Shown here in pieces: positions 1 to 8,823 of a stretch of DNA of 41,834 nucleotides (its first letter is position 1; each line of letters begins with the position of its first letter). Below the pieces are notes generated by a model. It made no database searches, was not told the origin of the DNA, and saw only the letters and a list, made by a program, of their open reading frames with translations. Origin of the DNA: Pseudomonadota bacterium (GTDB taxonomy: Bacteria; Bdellovibrionota_C; UBA2361; OMII01); the NCBI GenBank assembly GCA_038134595.1, contig JAYPVM010000015.1, positions 1 through 41,834 on the forward strand, in the 5' to 3' direction. A program made the translations under genes and the position numbers.

Positions 1-425
<425 letters not shown>

Positions 426-625
426 TTTTTCTTAAGGTATTAAGCTGATATGTTTGAAAAAACATTGAAAATAGCAACGGCTATTAAATACAGCTGGTTG
501 CGTTCGAGAATACTGAATTCATTATTTGCTTAAGAAGCAGATATTGAGGTATTACACTGACTCTAACAATTGTTAGAGAAAACACTGGAAAACAGGGTGG
601 CCCTAGTTAAGAGGGGTGTCCGATT

Positions 626-737
626 TTCTGGTGACTCTGCTGGAGAGGTCACACCCGTTCCCATCCCGAACACGGTAGTTAAGCTCTCTAAGGCCGATGA
701 TACTGGGATCGCCCGGGAAAGTAGGTCGTTGCCAGAT
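626..737 (+). rRNA. rrf: 5S rRNA
   Basis: TCTGGTGAC...CACCCGTTCCCATCCCGAACACGG..GTTAAG...GCCGATGATACTG...GAAAGTAGGTCGTTGCCAGA; terminal helix TCTGG/CCAGA; follows 23S. Confidence 0.97.
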
Positions 738-741
738 TTAT

Positions 742-777
742 GCCCCAGCAAACGAAAGTTTGTTGGGGCTTTTTTTT
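742..777 (+). terminator. Rho-independent terminator of the rRNA operon
   Basis: GCCCCAGCAAAC-GAAA-GTTTGTTGGGGC 12-bp stem followed by T8. Confidence 0.93.
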
Positions 778-938
778 GCCTTATTTCCTCATCGGGTGAC
801 TGACCTGCCGTTATCCTCTCATCTCTCTAGCCGATTTGATCGATTTGGTTTGATGCGTTATGCATAATGCATACATTTTTGAAGGCTCCACTGGTAGTGA
901 ACAGCCTTTAGCTTTCTTTGGTTCTCGGAAATTTTACA

Positions 939-2408
939 ATGAAATGGCACGTTATACTGATAGTAATCCTTCAGCTTCTGTTTCTAGTGCCCCTTGCCTT
1001 TAATCGCATCATAGCAGGTGACGAGGGATTCTACCTGATTGCGGCAAAAGAGGTCTCTCAAGGAGCGCTTCCGTACATCGATTTTTTTTACCCGCAGATG
1101 CCTCTTTTGCCGTTTGTATACGGAAGCTGGATGGAGGTATTCGGCGCCTCGTGGAAAAGCGCACGACTCCTTTCGGCATTATTGACGTCTCTTCTAGGAG
1201 GGCTCCTGTTTCTAAGGCTCTCGGACCTCTATTCTAAACGCTGGGGTTATATTGGAGTGGGACTCTTTGCAAGTTCGCAGTTTGTTTTTCCTTGGTATAT
1301 CACGGCAAAGACATACGCACTCTCCACCCTTCTTCTCTTTGCATCCTATTTGTTGTTCGTCACTCGAATATATGTAGCCCCTGCCGTGAAATATTCAGTC
1401 GTAGGTTTTATGTTTGGGCTTGCTGTAAATACCCGCCTGTTTTTTTGCTCTGTACTGCTTGTCTTCATTGTTGCTTGTTTTCGGTTGCCGCGAACTTTGA
1501 GAGTGACTGCACTTTTTTCATTTTTGCTAGGGGGTGGTTTGACTGTTCTGCCAGACGTGTATTTTATGGCGATGGCATTTGACTCATTTTGGTTTAGCAA
1601 TATGGGATACCATATGCTTCGCTCGAACTTCGCATTAGCGCATAGCCTTAAGCAAAAGCGCACTATTTTCAAAACCATTATCGGTTGGAGATCTACTTCG
1701 AAGTTTACCGGATTGCAGTATCCATTGGTGTTTATCGTAGGAGTGCTCGCTCCCCTACTGATGTGGAAGAGAGGAAAACAGATCGATTTAGGGTTTTATA
1801 TAGTTTTGGTTTTGATCCTTACTAGTTTTCTTCCTTCACCCTCATACGTCCAGTATTTCTGTGTAACCGTACCATTTCTCCTGTTAGGGGTGGTGTGGGT
1901 CCTACGAGAGATAGTGCGATTACGCGGTAGTATTCGAATACTAACAGGTGCTATATGCATATGCTTTTTGTTTCACTATTTTCGAGTTGTGCCGCTTGAT
2001 GTTCACAAGTACACCGTTTCTGGACGAGGGGTGTTAAGTGTCTTAGGCCCTAAGGAATCAAAGACCCTTAGTGCTATGAGACGAGTCGCATCTGCGGTCG
2101 ACAGTGTTACCGAACCCGGAGATCGAGTGCTTACGATGTGGCCAGGTGTGCTTGTTGGCTCTCATGCGAGGCCTTACCGGAGATTAGAAAATCATTTTGC
2201 GCTAAAAAAGGGTCATAAGGTTCCAAAAGCTCAAAGAGAAAAGCTCCATGTAATGAGTCGAGATGATGTATGGCGTCTTTTGATTAAGAAAGAGCCTGAG
2301 ACGGTAGTTTTAGAGCGGAGGGCTTTGGAAAAGCAGTATCAAGGAATCCTCAAGAACTATGAGGTGGTTAAGAAGACCCTGTATTATGTGGTCTTACAGC
2401 GGTCGTAG
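939..2408 (+). CDS. GT-C fold membrane glycosyltransferase (ArnT/PMT_2-like)
   Basis: Many TM helices; DEGFY motif after the first TM, followed by PYIDFFYPQMP; C-terminal soluble domain. ATG 939 preferred over TTG 918. Confidence 0.8.
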   Translation: MKWHVILIVILQLLFLVPLAFNRIIAGDEGFYLIAAKEVSQGALPYIDFFYPQMPLLPFVYGSWMEVFGASWKSARLLSALLTSLLGGLLFLRLSDLYSKRWGYIGVGLFASSQFVFPWYITAKTYALSTLLLFASYLLFVTRIYVAPAVKYSVVGFMFGLAVNTRLFFCSVLLVFIVACFRLPRTLRVTALFSFLLGGGLTVLPDVYFMAMAFDSFWFSNMGYHMLRSNFALAHSLKQKRTIFKTIIGWRSTSKFTGLQYPLVFIVGVLAPLLMWKRGKQIDLGFYIVLVLILTSFLPSPSYVQYFCVTVPFLLLGVVWVLREIVRLRGSIRILTGAICICFLFHYFRVVPLDVHKYTVSGRGVLSVLGPKESKTLSAMRRVASAVDSVTEPGDRVLTMWPGVLVGSHARPYRRLENHFALKKGHKVPKAQREKLHVMSRDDVWRLLIKKEPETVVLERRALEKQYQGILKNYEVVKKTLYYVVLQRS

Positions 2409-2453
2409 GATAGCATAGTGACAGCATAAAACGGTGCTGGGAGAGACCTTGAC

Positions 2454-2476
2454 AGCAGTGGATATCTACTGCTTTT
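2454..2476 (+). terminator. Possible terminator hairpin downstream of the glycosyltransferase
   Basis: AGCAGTGG-ATAT-CTACTGCT stem-loop followed by a short T run. Confidence 0.45.
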
Positions 2477-2495
2477 AAATATCTATTTTTTCGCC

Positions 2496-2964
2496 CAAAT
2501 TACAACACGTTTCGATAAGTAGTTGGCGATATCAAGCGGTGCATAGGACCAGATGGCTCCGCACTAGATATTGGCAATCGTAATATGGCGGATCCAATGA
2601 GGAGTTCAATGTAGTATCCGATTTCGATAAACTGCCGGTGTTGTCAAAAGATAAATCGATTGATGATGCAGATTCCGTGGACATGACTGATGTCTTGAAT
2701 GGAAAGTATACGGATTTTCGCCCATTTGTCAGTTGGTGCTTTGGTAGTGATTGTCCGAAGGGTAGCATGCGTTCTCGCTCAGGCAGCTCCAAGGTAACAG
2801 CACAACAATTAGAGATGATTGCTAAGTTGGGAACGGAGGCTAGGCGAGCTCGAACTGGAAGTCTCGGCCAGTATATGAAGTCGATTCCCCATTCGCTGGA
2901 ATCCAGAAGCGGAATCGATAATCGATTGGGCACTGCGTACTTCAGGAATCGGATGAAGAAGTAG
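2496..2964 (+). pseudogene. Possible frameshifted gene remnant; its 3' part is the 108-aa ORF at 2638-2964
   Basis: Protein-like reading continues upstream of 2638 to a TAA at 2581 and can be extended by two single-base shifts (QITTRFD/VVGDIKRCIGPDGSALDIGNR/YGGSNEEFNVVSDFDKLPVL...). No homology recognised. Confidence 0.3.
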
Positions 2965-3291
2965 TCTTTAATCCTCCTTGTTCCAGGAGAACATCTCCGG
3001 GAGTCCCTTATTATTTTGGGGGCCTCCGGATGGGGATTGGTCAATTTTTTCTGTGTTCGTGCCAACCCTTTATCATTATCCCGACCAATAAGCATCCGTC
3101 ATAGCTACTTCATCGGTAGCAGCACTACTACAGTGCGTACTATCCATTGGCAACTATGTAATCTTCGCTAAAGGAAGGCGATTTTTTAGTCTATTTACTC
3201 TCGAATCACGCCAATACCGTTAGTTAATGTTAGATTGAGACGCACTGGGATTGTTTGATAGGGGGAAGTTTGCTGGTAATCTTCTTAAGCT

Positions 3292-4455
3292 ATGATAGAC
3301 GATCGCACTCAATCTCCTCATGGGTTAAATGACAAGCCCAACGAATGTCCCTTGTTCTTTGACCTTGGGGAAATCTATGAATCGAATTCACAATTTGCCA
3401 CGTATCTCGAGGGTCTTGAAACCGACGTAGAGTTTGACTTTCGTAGATTCTATGGGGAACACATAGCCCCAATTCTAAAAGAAGCAGCTAAGAATAACTG
3501 GGATGCGTCTCAGACTTTACCTGAGCCAGTTAGGGAGTTGTTTCAAAATGACAGGGTACGTGCACTGGCATTCTTACGGATTGCGACATATGGAATTCCT
3601 TCAGAATCTTTTAATGGCGAGGCTAGGCTTTTGCTCTCGGGCCTCATTCCTCACATTGGTAAAAGTTCCGAGGAGCTTTTGGCGCTCGGACGTATGACAC
3701 CCCTCATGGCATGCAAATATCCAGACCTGTACCAGAAATTGGGCGAGCACTGTAGGCGAGAGGGCGTTGAAGGAAAATATCTTTTGTGTATGCTCAAACC
3801 CTTTGTAGACTACACCACACACAATGCACGAAACGATGCAGTTATTGCACCGTGGATCGATTGTTACAGCACTGTTTCTCATCCAATTCTCTATGAGACT
3901 GTGGCAACCGAGCTAGTTCACCGTCTTGCTCTTCAAGGGCATCTGTCTTCATACGACCATCTACTTGAGATTTTGTGCCAAACTAAAAGTGAAACTGGAA
4001 TCGAAGTTCTGCGCTCCTTTATCGCGGCACCGGCTCAGAAAAGCCTGGAGGAGATTCCGCCACCACCCGTTGGCATGACTGTGAGGGGAGCAATATTTAT
4101 GGGGCTAGCATGTTTTATTCGAGCTGTTCCCTTCGGCGTTCCCGTCGCTCTTTGTACTGCTGCTGTGTCGAATTTGAACATTGTCGAATCGGCGTTTGTA
4201 ACAGGTGGAGTATTTGGCTTGGGAAGTGCTATCTATGGGATAGCTACGGCATTAGCTCATCGTAATGCGATGTTTGGATTTGTGAAGGATTTGGTGGAAA
4301 CCCAAAATCAGTTCGTAGATGGTCCTGCATATCAAACATGCGTAAGAGGTATTTACGAAAAGCTTAAAGCTAAAACACCTGAGAATCAGGATAGAGAGAG
4401 CATAGACTTAATCGAATCTAATCCCGCTTTCAAGGGTGTCCTTTCGGCTGATTAG
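3292..4455 (+). CDS. Hypothetical protein, helical, with a hydrophobic hairpin near the C-terminus
   Basis: 387-aa ORF; hydrophobic Gly/Ala-rich segments GAIFMGLACFIRAVPFGVPVALCTAAV and AFVTGGVFGLGSAIYGIATALA; no signal peptide. Confidence 0.75.
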   Translation: MIDDRTQSPHGLNDKPNECPLFFDLGEIYESNSQFATYLEGLETDVEFDFRRFYGEHIAPILKEAAKNNWDASQTLPEPVRELFQNDRVRALAFLRIATYGIPSESFNGEARLLLSGLIPHIGKSSEELLALGRMTPLMACKYPDLYQKLGEHCRREGVEGKYLLCMLKPFVDYTTHNARNDAVIAPWIDCYSTVSHPILYETVATELVHRLALQGHLSSYDHLLEILCQTKSETGIEVLRSFIAAPAQKSLEEIPPPPVGMTVRGAIFMGLACFIRAVPFGVPVALCTAAVSNLNIVESAFVTGGVFGLGSAIYGIATALAHRNAMFGFVKDLVETQNQFVDGPAYQTCVRGIYEKLKAKTPENQDRESIDLIESNPAFKGVLSAD

Positions 4456-4489
4456 TCGCTTTGAAATTTCAAAACATACTGGGGAGTGT

Positions 4490-5737
4490 TCAAGCTCTCT
4501 GTCCGTTCTTTTTGGAAGGTGCGGTACAAAGCACTACTGCAAGTATCCCTGATAATCCGATGGCGATAAAGGAAATGCTAAGCTGATTGGCCTCTGTCTC
4601 GATTGAGTTTGAGAAATAAAGGGCGGCGATAGCTGGGCCCAGGCATCGAGCGATGCCGTGCGATACGGTTACATTTAAATTCTGAAGGGAGTGGCGAAAA
4701 GAGTTGTCGGCGTGCTCTTGAAGGTACATCGGAAGAGCTATAAATACTCCAATTACCAGTGGCCCATGCAGTATTTGTGTTAGAAGCACGATTGTTTGTG
4801 AGGGATACATGGCGAGTGTAAAAAGTCGCAAAGGAATAGATGCAAATCCGATGATAATCATAGATTTCAGGCCGATGAAGCTGATAAATGAGCCGATAAA
4901 CGGCATCATAAGAATCTCTGAAGCTACTCCTATGTTTGTAATGAGCCCGATTTCAACAGCGGAAAAATTTAGTTCGTGAAGGAATCGGGGAAACACGATG
5001 AAGAATGTTGCTAACCCCATACCAGCAATAGTGTTAGCTAAAAAAACGCCTCGAAGCGGGGGTTTCCACGCGGCTTGGATCGCTGCATAGAGAGGGCGTG
5101 TAGGGTTGTTGCGGTGTGGAATGTTGCTCGGTAAGGCAAGCCCGATACACGCTGCTATCATTGATGCGCTGGCGCCGATGATGAGTAAGTCAGTCGCGGT
5201 GAGGGCCCTCCAATCGGGTAAAAAGATCATGAGGCATGCAGGTGCGATAAATCCTAAACTTCCCCAAATGCGGTATCGTTGAAAGGTAATCGGTGGAATT
5301 GCTGACGGCGGTTGATTCTTAACGATATCAAGCGTGAAAGAGTCTAACATACTGAGAGACGGCACGAGAGTAGCGAAGAGGAGGAAGATGACGATGCTTG
5401 AGTCAAGTAGTATTGTTGTTCTGGTTAACAGTAAAAGTGCTAAGGCGTTGCCCGTAAGTAAAAGAGGGAGGAGCCGTCGACAAGACAAGAAACGGTCTGC
5501 AATATGGGCGAAAAAATTGGGTGCTATCAGTGATGAGACTCCACTCATCGCCATTGCCAAGGCAATTTGAGCATCAGCAAGTCCTTTGCTGTGTAGTACA
5601 AGTGGTAGAAAGGGGAAGAGAAGCCCCAGAGCGGCATAAGAGACAAAATAAGTGCTTCCAAGAGCGCATAGGCCGATTCGTGCTGGAGATTCCTGGTTGG
5701 CCGGTGGTTTTGTCGATAGGGCAAGGTTATCGTCCAT
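4490..5737 (-). CDS. MFS transporter (MFS_1-like, HcaT/NupG-related)
   Basis: About 12 TM helices; IADRF loop, YRIWGSLGF motif, GVASEILMM. ATG at 5737 has a GGAG RBS and overlaps the DTW stop. Confidence 0.88.
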   Translation of the reverse strand: MDDNLALSTKPPANQESPARIGLCALGSTYFVSYAALGLLFPFLPLVLHSKGLADAQIALAMAMSGVSSLIAPNFFAHIADRFLSCRRLLPLLLTGNALALLLLTRTTILLDSSIVIFLLFATLVPSLSMLDSFTLDIVKNQPPSAIPPITFQRYRIWGSLGFIAPACLMIFLPDWRALTATDLLIIGASASMIAACIGLALPSNIPHRNNPTRPLYAAIQAAWKPPLRGVFLANTIAGMGLATFFIVFPRFLHELNFSAVEIGLITNIGVASEILMMPFIGSFISFIGLKSMIIIGFASIPLRLFTLAMYPSQTIVLLTQILHGPLVIGVFIALPMYLQEHADNSFRHSLQNLNVTVSHGIARCLGPAIAALYFSNSIETEANQLSISFIAIGLSGILAVVLCTAPSKKNGQRA

Positions 5738-6440
5738 GCCGTCTCCGTCGGTGTTGTGACGGCCGAGCTCCTCTCTTTTTTTTCTGTAGGCGCGCGACAA
5801 GCTCTCCTAATGGCTTCTGTATTGCTTCTTGAATGTGACCGTTTGAACGTTCCAGAATGTCAAGAGACTCAGCAAGCGCTTCGATGCTCGACAGACATCC
5901 TTTGCGTGGTTCCTTTCGAATTGCATCATAGACAGATCTGGCTTCGCTACAAACGACAAGCCTCTGGAGTTTAAGGAGCCAGGCATTCCTCCACCACAGA
6001 GTTTTTGCCTGACTCCAGGTGCCATCGAGAACGATAATTCCTTTTAATTTCGAAAGGAGTGCCTTTTGGTTGGGTTTTACAACCCCTTTGTCTGATACCG
6101 AGTAAAGTCCTGGTGCATGGAGTGCCTCTGTGCGGATACTACCGAGGTACAGAACTCCCCATTCCTGATACGTTACGTCCTCGCCGAGAATTTTTTTTAT
6201 ATTACTCCACGAGAGCCCTGTGACGACACGGGCGTTTGAGAAACAGGCGTCGATAATAGGCGCTGTCCCTATGGCTACGCCGGGTTCTTGAGGATGTTGA
6301 AGAACAAGAATTTGAATCCTTGTATGAATCTTTGTTGCAAAAGCACATACGCAGTAACGCGAAGAGCGCCCACATTGCTGACAATCTTGGTTATGAGCTT
6401 CAGTTTCTACGGCCGAAGTGGTTTTTGTTTCTGAAGGCAT
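5727..6440 (-). CDS. DTW-domain protein, tRNA-uridine aminocarboxypropyltransferase (TapT/YfiP-like)
   Basis: N-terminal CxxC...CxC, LQHPQE, VLDGTWSQAK (DTW motif), IRKEP..GCLSSIEA. Confidence 0.9.
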   Translation of the reverse strand: MPSETKTTSAVETEAHNQDCQQCGRSSRYCVCAFATKIHTRIQILVLQHPQEPGVAIGTAPIIDACFSNARVVTGLSWSNIKKILGEDVTYQEWGVLYLGSIRTEALHAPGLYSVSDKGVVKPNQKALLSKLKGIIVLDGTWSQAKTLWWRNAWLLKLQRLVVCSEARSVYDAIRKEPRKGCLSSIEALAESLDILERSNGHIQEAIQKPLGELVARLQKKKRGARPSQHRRRRHGR

Positions 6441-6531
6441 AGCGTCCCGCGAAAAATGAGCTTAGGCGCCTCAGTTTAGCCCATTCTCGACGGAACGTAT
6501 ACTGCCACTAACACGTATGCTGGCGGGTTAA

Positions 6532-7527
6532 TTAGTTTTCTTTAGGTTTGCCTGTTAATGTGCCAAGAAAAGAGATAATGCTACTGACCTCTTGATTGCT
6601 TAGTTTCTTGCCCAACTGGTACTCGCCCATCTGTGAGACGGCGGCCTCAAGTGTGGATACACTCCCGTCGTGGAAATATGGACCGGTCTTCGTAACGTTT
6701 CGAAGAGATGGAACCTTGAAGACCTTTTTGTCGGCCTCTTGTTTTGTTACCTCGTAGCGTCCCTGGTCTGCGGTCGGATAGTCTTTTACCAGCCCCAATT
6801 TCTGATACATCGCACCACCTACGGTCGCCCCCATGTGGCAAGCTGTACAGCCGGTTTGTACAAACAGTTTTCCTCCCGCTTTCTCCTCGGGCGTTAGTGC
6901 ATGTTCATCACCGTTAAGAAAATCATCGAATCGTGAGGGAGTTAGCAATGTTCGTTCAAAAGCGCCGATTGCATTGCCGATATTAACGTAGGTAAGTGGA
7001 GTGCTCTCGGCGGGAAAGGCCTCTTTAAAGGCTGCTACCGTTTTGGGATCGGCTCCAAGCCTTTCGAGAACCGCTTGCTCTGAATCCATAGCCATTTCAA
7101 TTGGGTTTAAAATTGGACCAATCGCTTGTGCTTCCACATCTTTGGCACGACCATCCCAAAACTGCGCGATGTGCAAAGCGGCATTGAGCACTGTTGGAGA
7201 ATTTCTTCCGCCTCGTTGGCCTTTGTGTCCCGGTGAGGTGGGCTCATTGTCGACACCGAAGGTGTCTAGGTTGTGGCAGGAGTTACACGATATATCTTGT
7301 GCCTTTGAAAGACGGGTGTCGAAGTAGAGCTTCTTTCCGAGAGCAACTTTTGCAGGAGATGTTGGGTTGGCAGGGTTTGGAGCTGATTTCGGCAGAGGCG
7401 CAAATGCCGATTTCCAAGTTGAATCATCTGCTTTGGCGGGCATAGAGCCGGTAATTATCAGGGCTGTGAAAGCGAGAACGCTAGCGGGTGCTTTTGTATT
7501 GCTTATAAGATGAGAAATGCTGACCAT
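6532..7527 (-). CDS. Di-heme cytochrome c peroxidase (CcpA/MauG family)
   Basis: Signal peptide; CNSCH and CTACH heme sites; RNSPTVLNA, QFWDGRA, FKVPSLRNV, PYFHDG. Confidence 0.95.
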   Translation of the reverse strand: MVSISHLISNTKAPASVLAFTALIITGSMPAKADDSTWKSAFAPLPKSAPNPANPTSPAKVALGKKLYFDTRLSKAQDISCNSCHNLDTFGVDNEPTSPGHKGQRGGRNSPTVLNAALHIAQFWDGRAKDVEAQAIGPILNPIEMAMDSEQAVLERLGADPKTVAAFKEAFPAESTPLTYVNIGNAIGAFERTLLTPSRFDDFLNGDEHALTPEEKAGGKLFVQTGCTACHMGATVGGAMYQKLGLVKDYPTADQGRYEVTKQEADKKVFKVPSLRNVTKTGPYFHDGSVSTLEAAVSQMGEYQLGKKLSNQEVSSIISFLGTLTGKPKEN

Positions 7528-7740
7528 GATTAAAAAATCTCTCCAAGTTTGTTCTGTGACCCCATATCTTAATCATTTCGGGAGTAAAAAAGAAGCAATA
7601 AAGGGGGGAAAGACACCTTTGTGTAACTAAAACAACGTCATAGTACGTGCGCTCGGGCCGATGCTAGGCTAGTATACCGATATCCATGAGGTTGTTTCTA
7701 TGACGATGGAGTGGGGAAGAGATAGAAAGAGAAGGGGGGC

Positions 7741-8142
7741 GTGAAGATGAGATTTTTAGGTTCGTTACTGATAAGTGTGGTGGCTTTGAGTGGATGTATC
7801 TATCCCCCGCAACCGGTGACTGATCGTAATTCAGAATTGACTCAAGGCAATGTCCAACTTCACGTGCAGGTTGGGCGAACTACCAAGGCTGAAATCTTAG
7901 AGAGCTTCGGGGCTCCAAATATCACAACGCGTGATGGAAGTGGAAGGGAGGTTTGGACGTATCAGAGAAGTGGGCAAGCATCACAATCCGGGAGCAGAAC
8001 CGGTTATTGGACGATTCTTTTTGCGGGCCAGTCGGGCGGTAATTCTGGTTTTGAATCTTCGTCTCGTATGATCACTTTGATTATCAAGTTTAATGCACGT
8101 GATGTAGTGAGTGATTTTCGAAGTCGCTCCTCTCATTTCTAA
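7741..8142 (+). CDS. Lipoprotein, SmpA/OmlA (BamE-like) domain
   Basis: Lipobox LSGC; VGRTTKAEILESFGAPN...EVWTY...LIIKFN..DVV pattern. Confidence 0.8.
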   Translation: MKMRFLGSLLISVVALSGCIYPPQPVTDRNSELTQGNVQLHVQVGRTTKAEILESFGAPNITTRDGSGREVWTYQRSGQASQSGSRTGYWTILFAGQSGGNSGFESSSRMITLIIKFNARDVVSDFRSRSSHF

Positions 8143-8151
8143 GGTGTCGGG

Positions 8152-8625
8152 ATGAAACGTTTGTTCGTATTTTTATTCGCCGCCATACTCACAGTTTGTC
8201 AGGGCTGTTATCAAGCTCCGAGACCGACGCTCACGCCACTTGAGATTCAGTCGATGCAGACGAGAAATTACGAAAGCGCAAAGAAGGTTGTATTCCCGAG
8301 TGTTATCTCGGTTTTTCAGGATCTTGGTTATACTGTAACCAATGCTGATTTAGAAACAGGATTGATCTCAGCTGAGAGTGCCGCGCAGAGTGATGCTACT
8401 TCACGGTTGTTTGGGTACACAAAGGTTACGCAAACCAAAGCTACGGGGTTTGTCGAGACGATCCATAGAGACACCCGCGTCAGACTAAACTTTGTAGAGG
8501 TCAGCCAAACGTCATCTGGCTATGGGCAAAATGATCGACATGATACGCCTATTCTAAATGCCGCTTTGTATCAAAATGCCTTTGAAAAGATAGAAAACGC
8601 TATCTTCATACGCTCAAGTCACTAG
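8152..8625 (+). CDS. Putative lipoprotein, co-transcribed with the upstream lipoprotein
   Basis: Signal peptide with a QGC lipobox-like end; LEIQSMQTRNYE, VFQDLGYTV..ADLETGLISA; 9-bp gap to the upstream gene. Confidence 0.8.
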   Translation: MKRLFVFLFAAILTVCQGCYQAPRPTLTPLEIQSMQTRNYESAKKVVFPSVISVFQDLGYTVTNADLETGLISAESAAQSDATSRLFGYTKVTQTKATGFVETIHRDTRVRLNFVEVSQTSSGYGQNDRHDTPILNAALYQNAFEKIENAIFIRSSH

Positions 8626-8807
8626 CAGGGTGGCGAAAAATGATTTCCTGTTGCGCATTTCGATAGTTCGACTCCAATTTCGTTGGAGTCGCCGAAAAAA
8701 TACTCAACGTCTCTCAATGGACGCGTCTCCCGTTTTTTCTTTGTCTCCGCCTCGTTTCGTCAAAACTCTTAAAAATTTTCGCGACGGAACCGTTTTTCAT
8801 CGCTCTA
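8626..8807. mobile_element. MITE/REP-like non-autonomous element, ~180 bp
   Basis: Imperfect terminal inverted repeats AGGGTGGCGAAAAA (8627-8640) / TTTTTCATCGCTCT (8793-8806), flanked by ACTAGC at 8621-8626 and 8807-8812 (CTAG core); internal perfect 9-bp hairpin at 8669-8691. Confidence 0.55.
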
Positions 8808-8823
8808 CTAGCGCCTTATAATC

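Noticed and set aside
857..884. dif-like site GTTATGCATAA-TGCATA-CATTTTTGAAG
   Set aside because: The left arm and centre resemble dif, but the normally best-conserved XerD arm (TTATGTTAAAT) matches only 5 of 11; a position next to an rRNA operon is also atypical.
2532..3095. 187-aa minus-strand ORF
   Set aside because: No RBS or recognisable motif; it overlaps the + strand remnant and the hairpin region, so it is probably a shadow ORF.
8630..8821. 63-aa ORF between the lipoprotein and the oxygenase
   Set aside because: It coincides with the MITE-like repeat and has no protein-like features.
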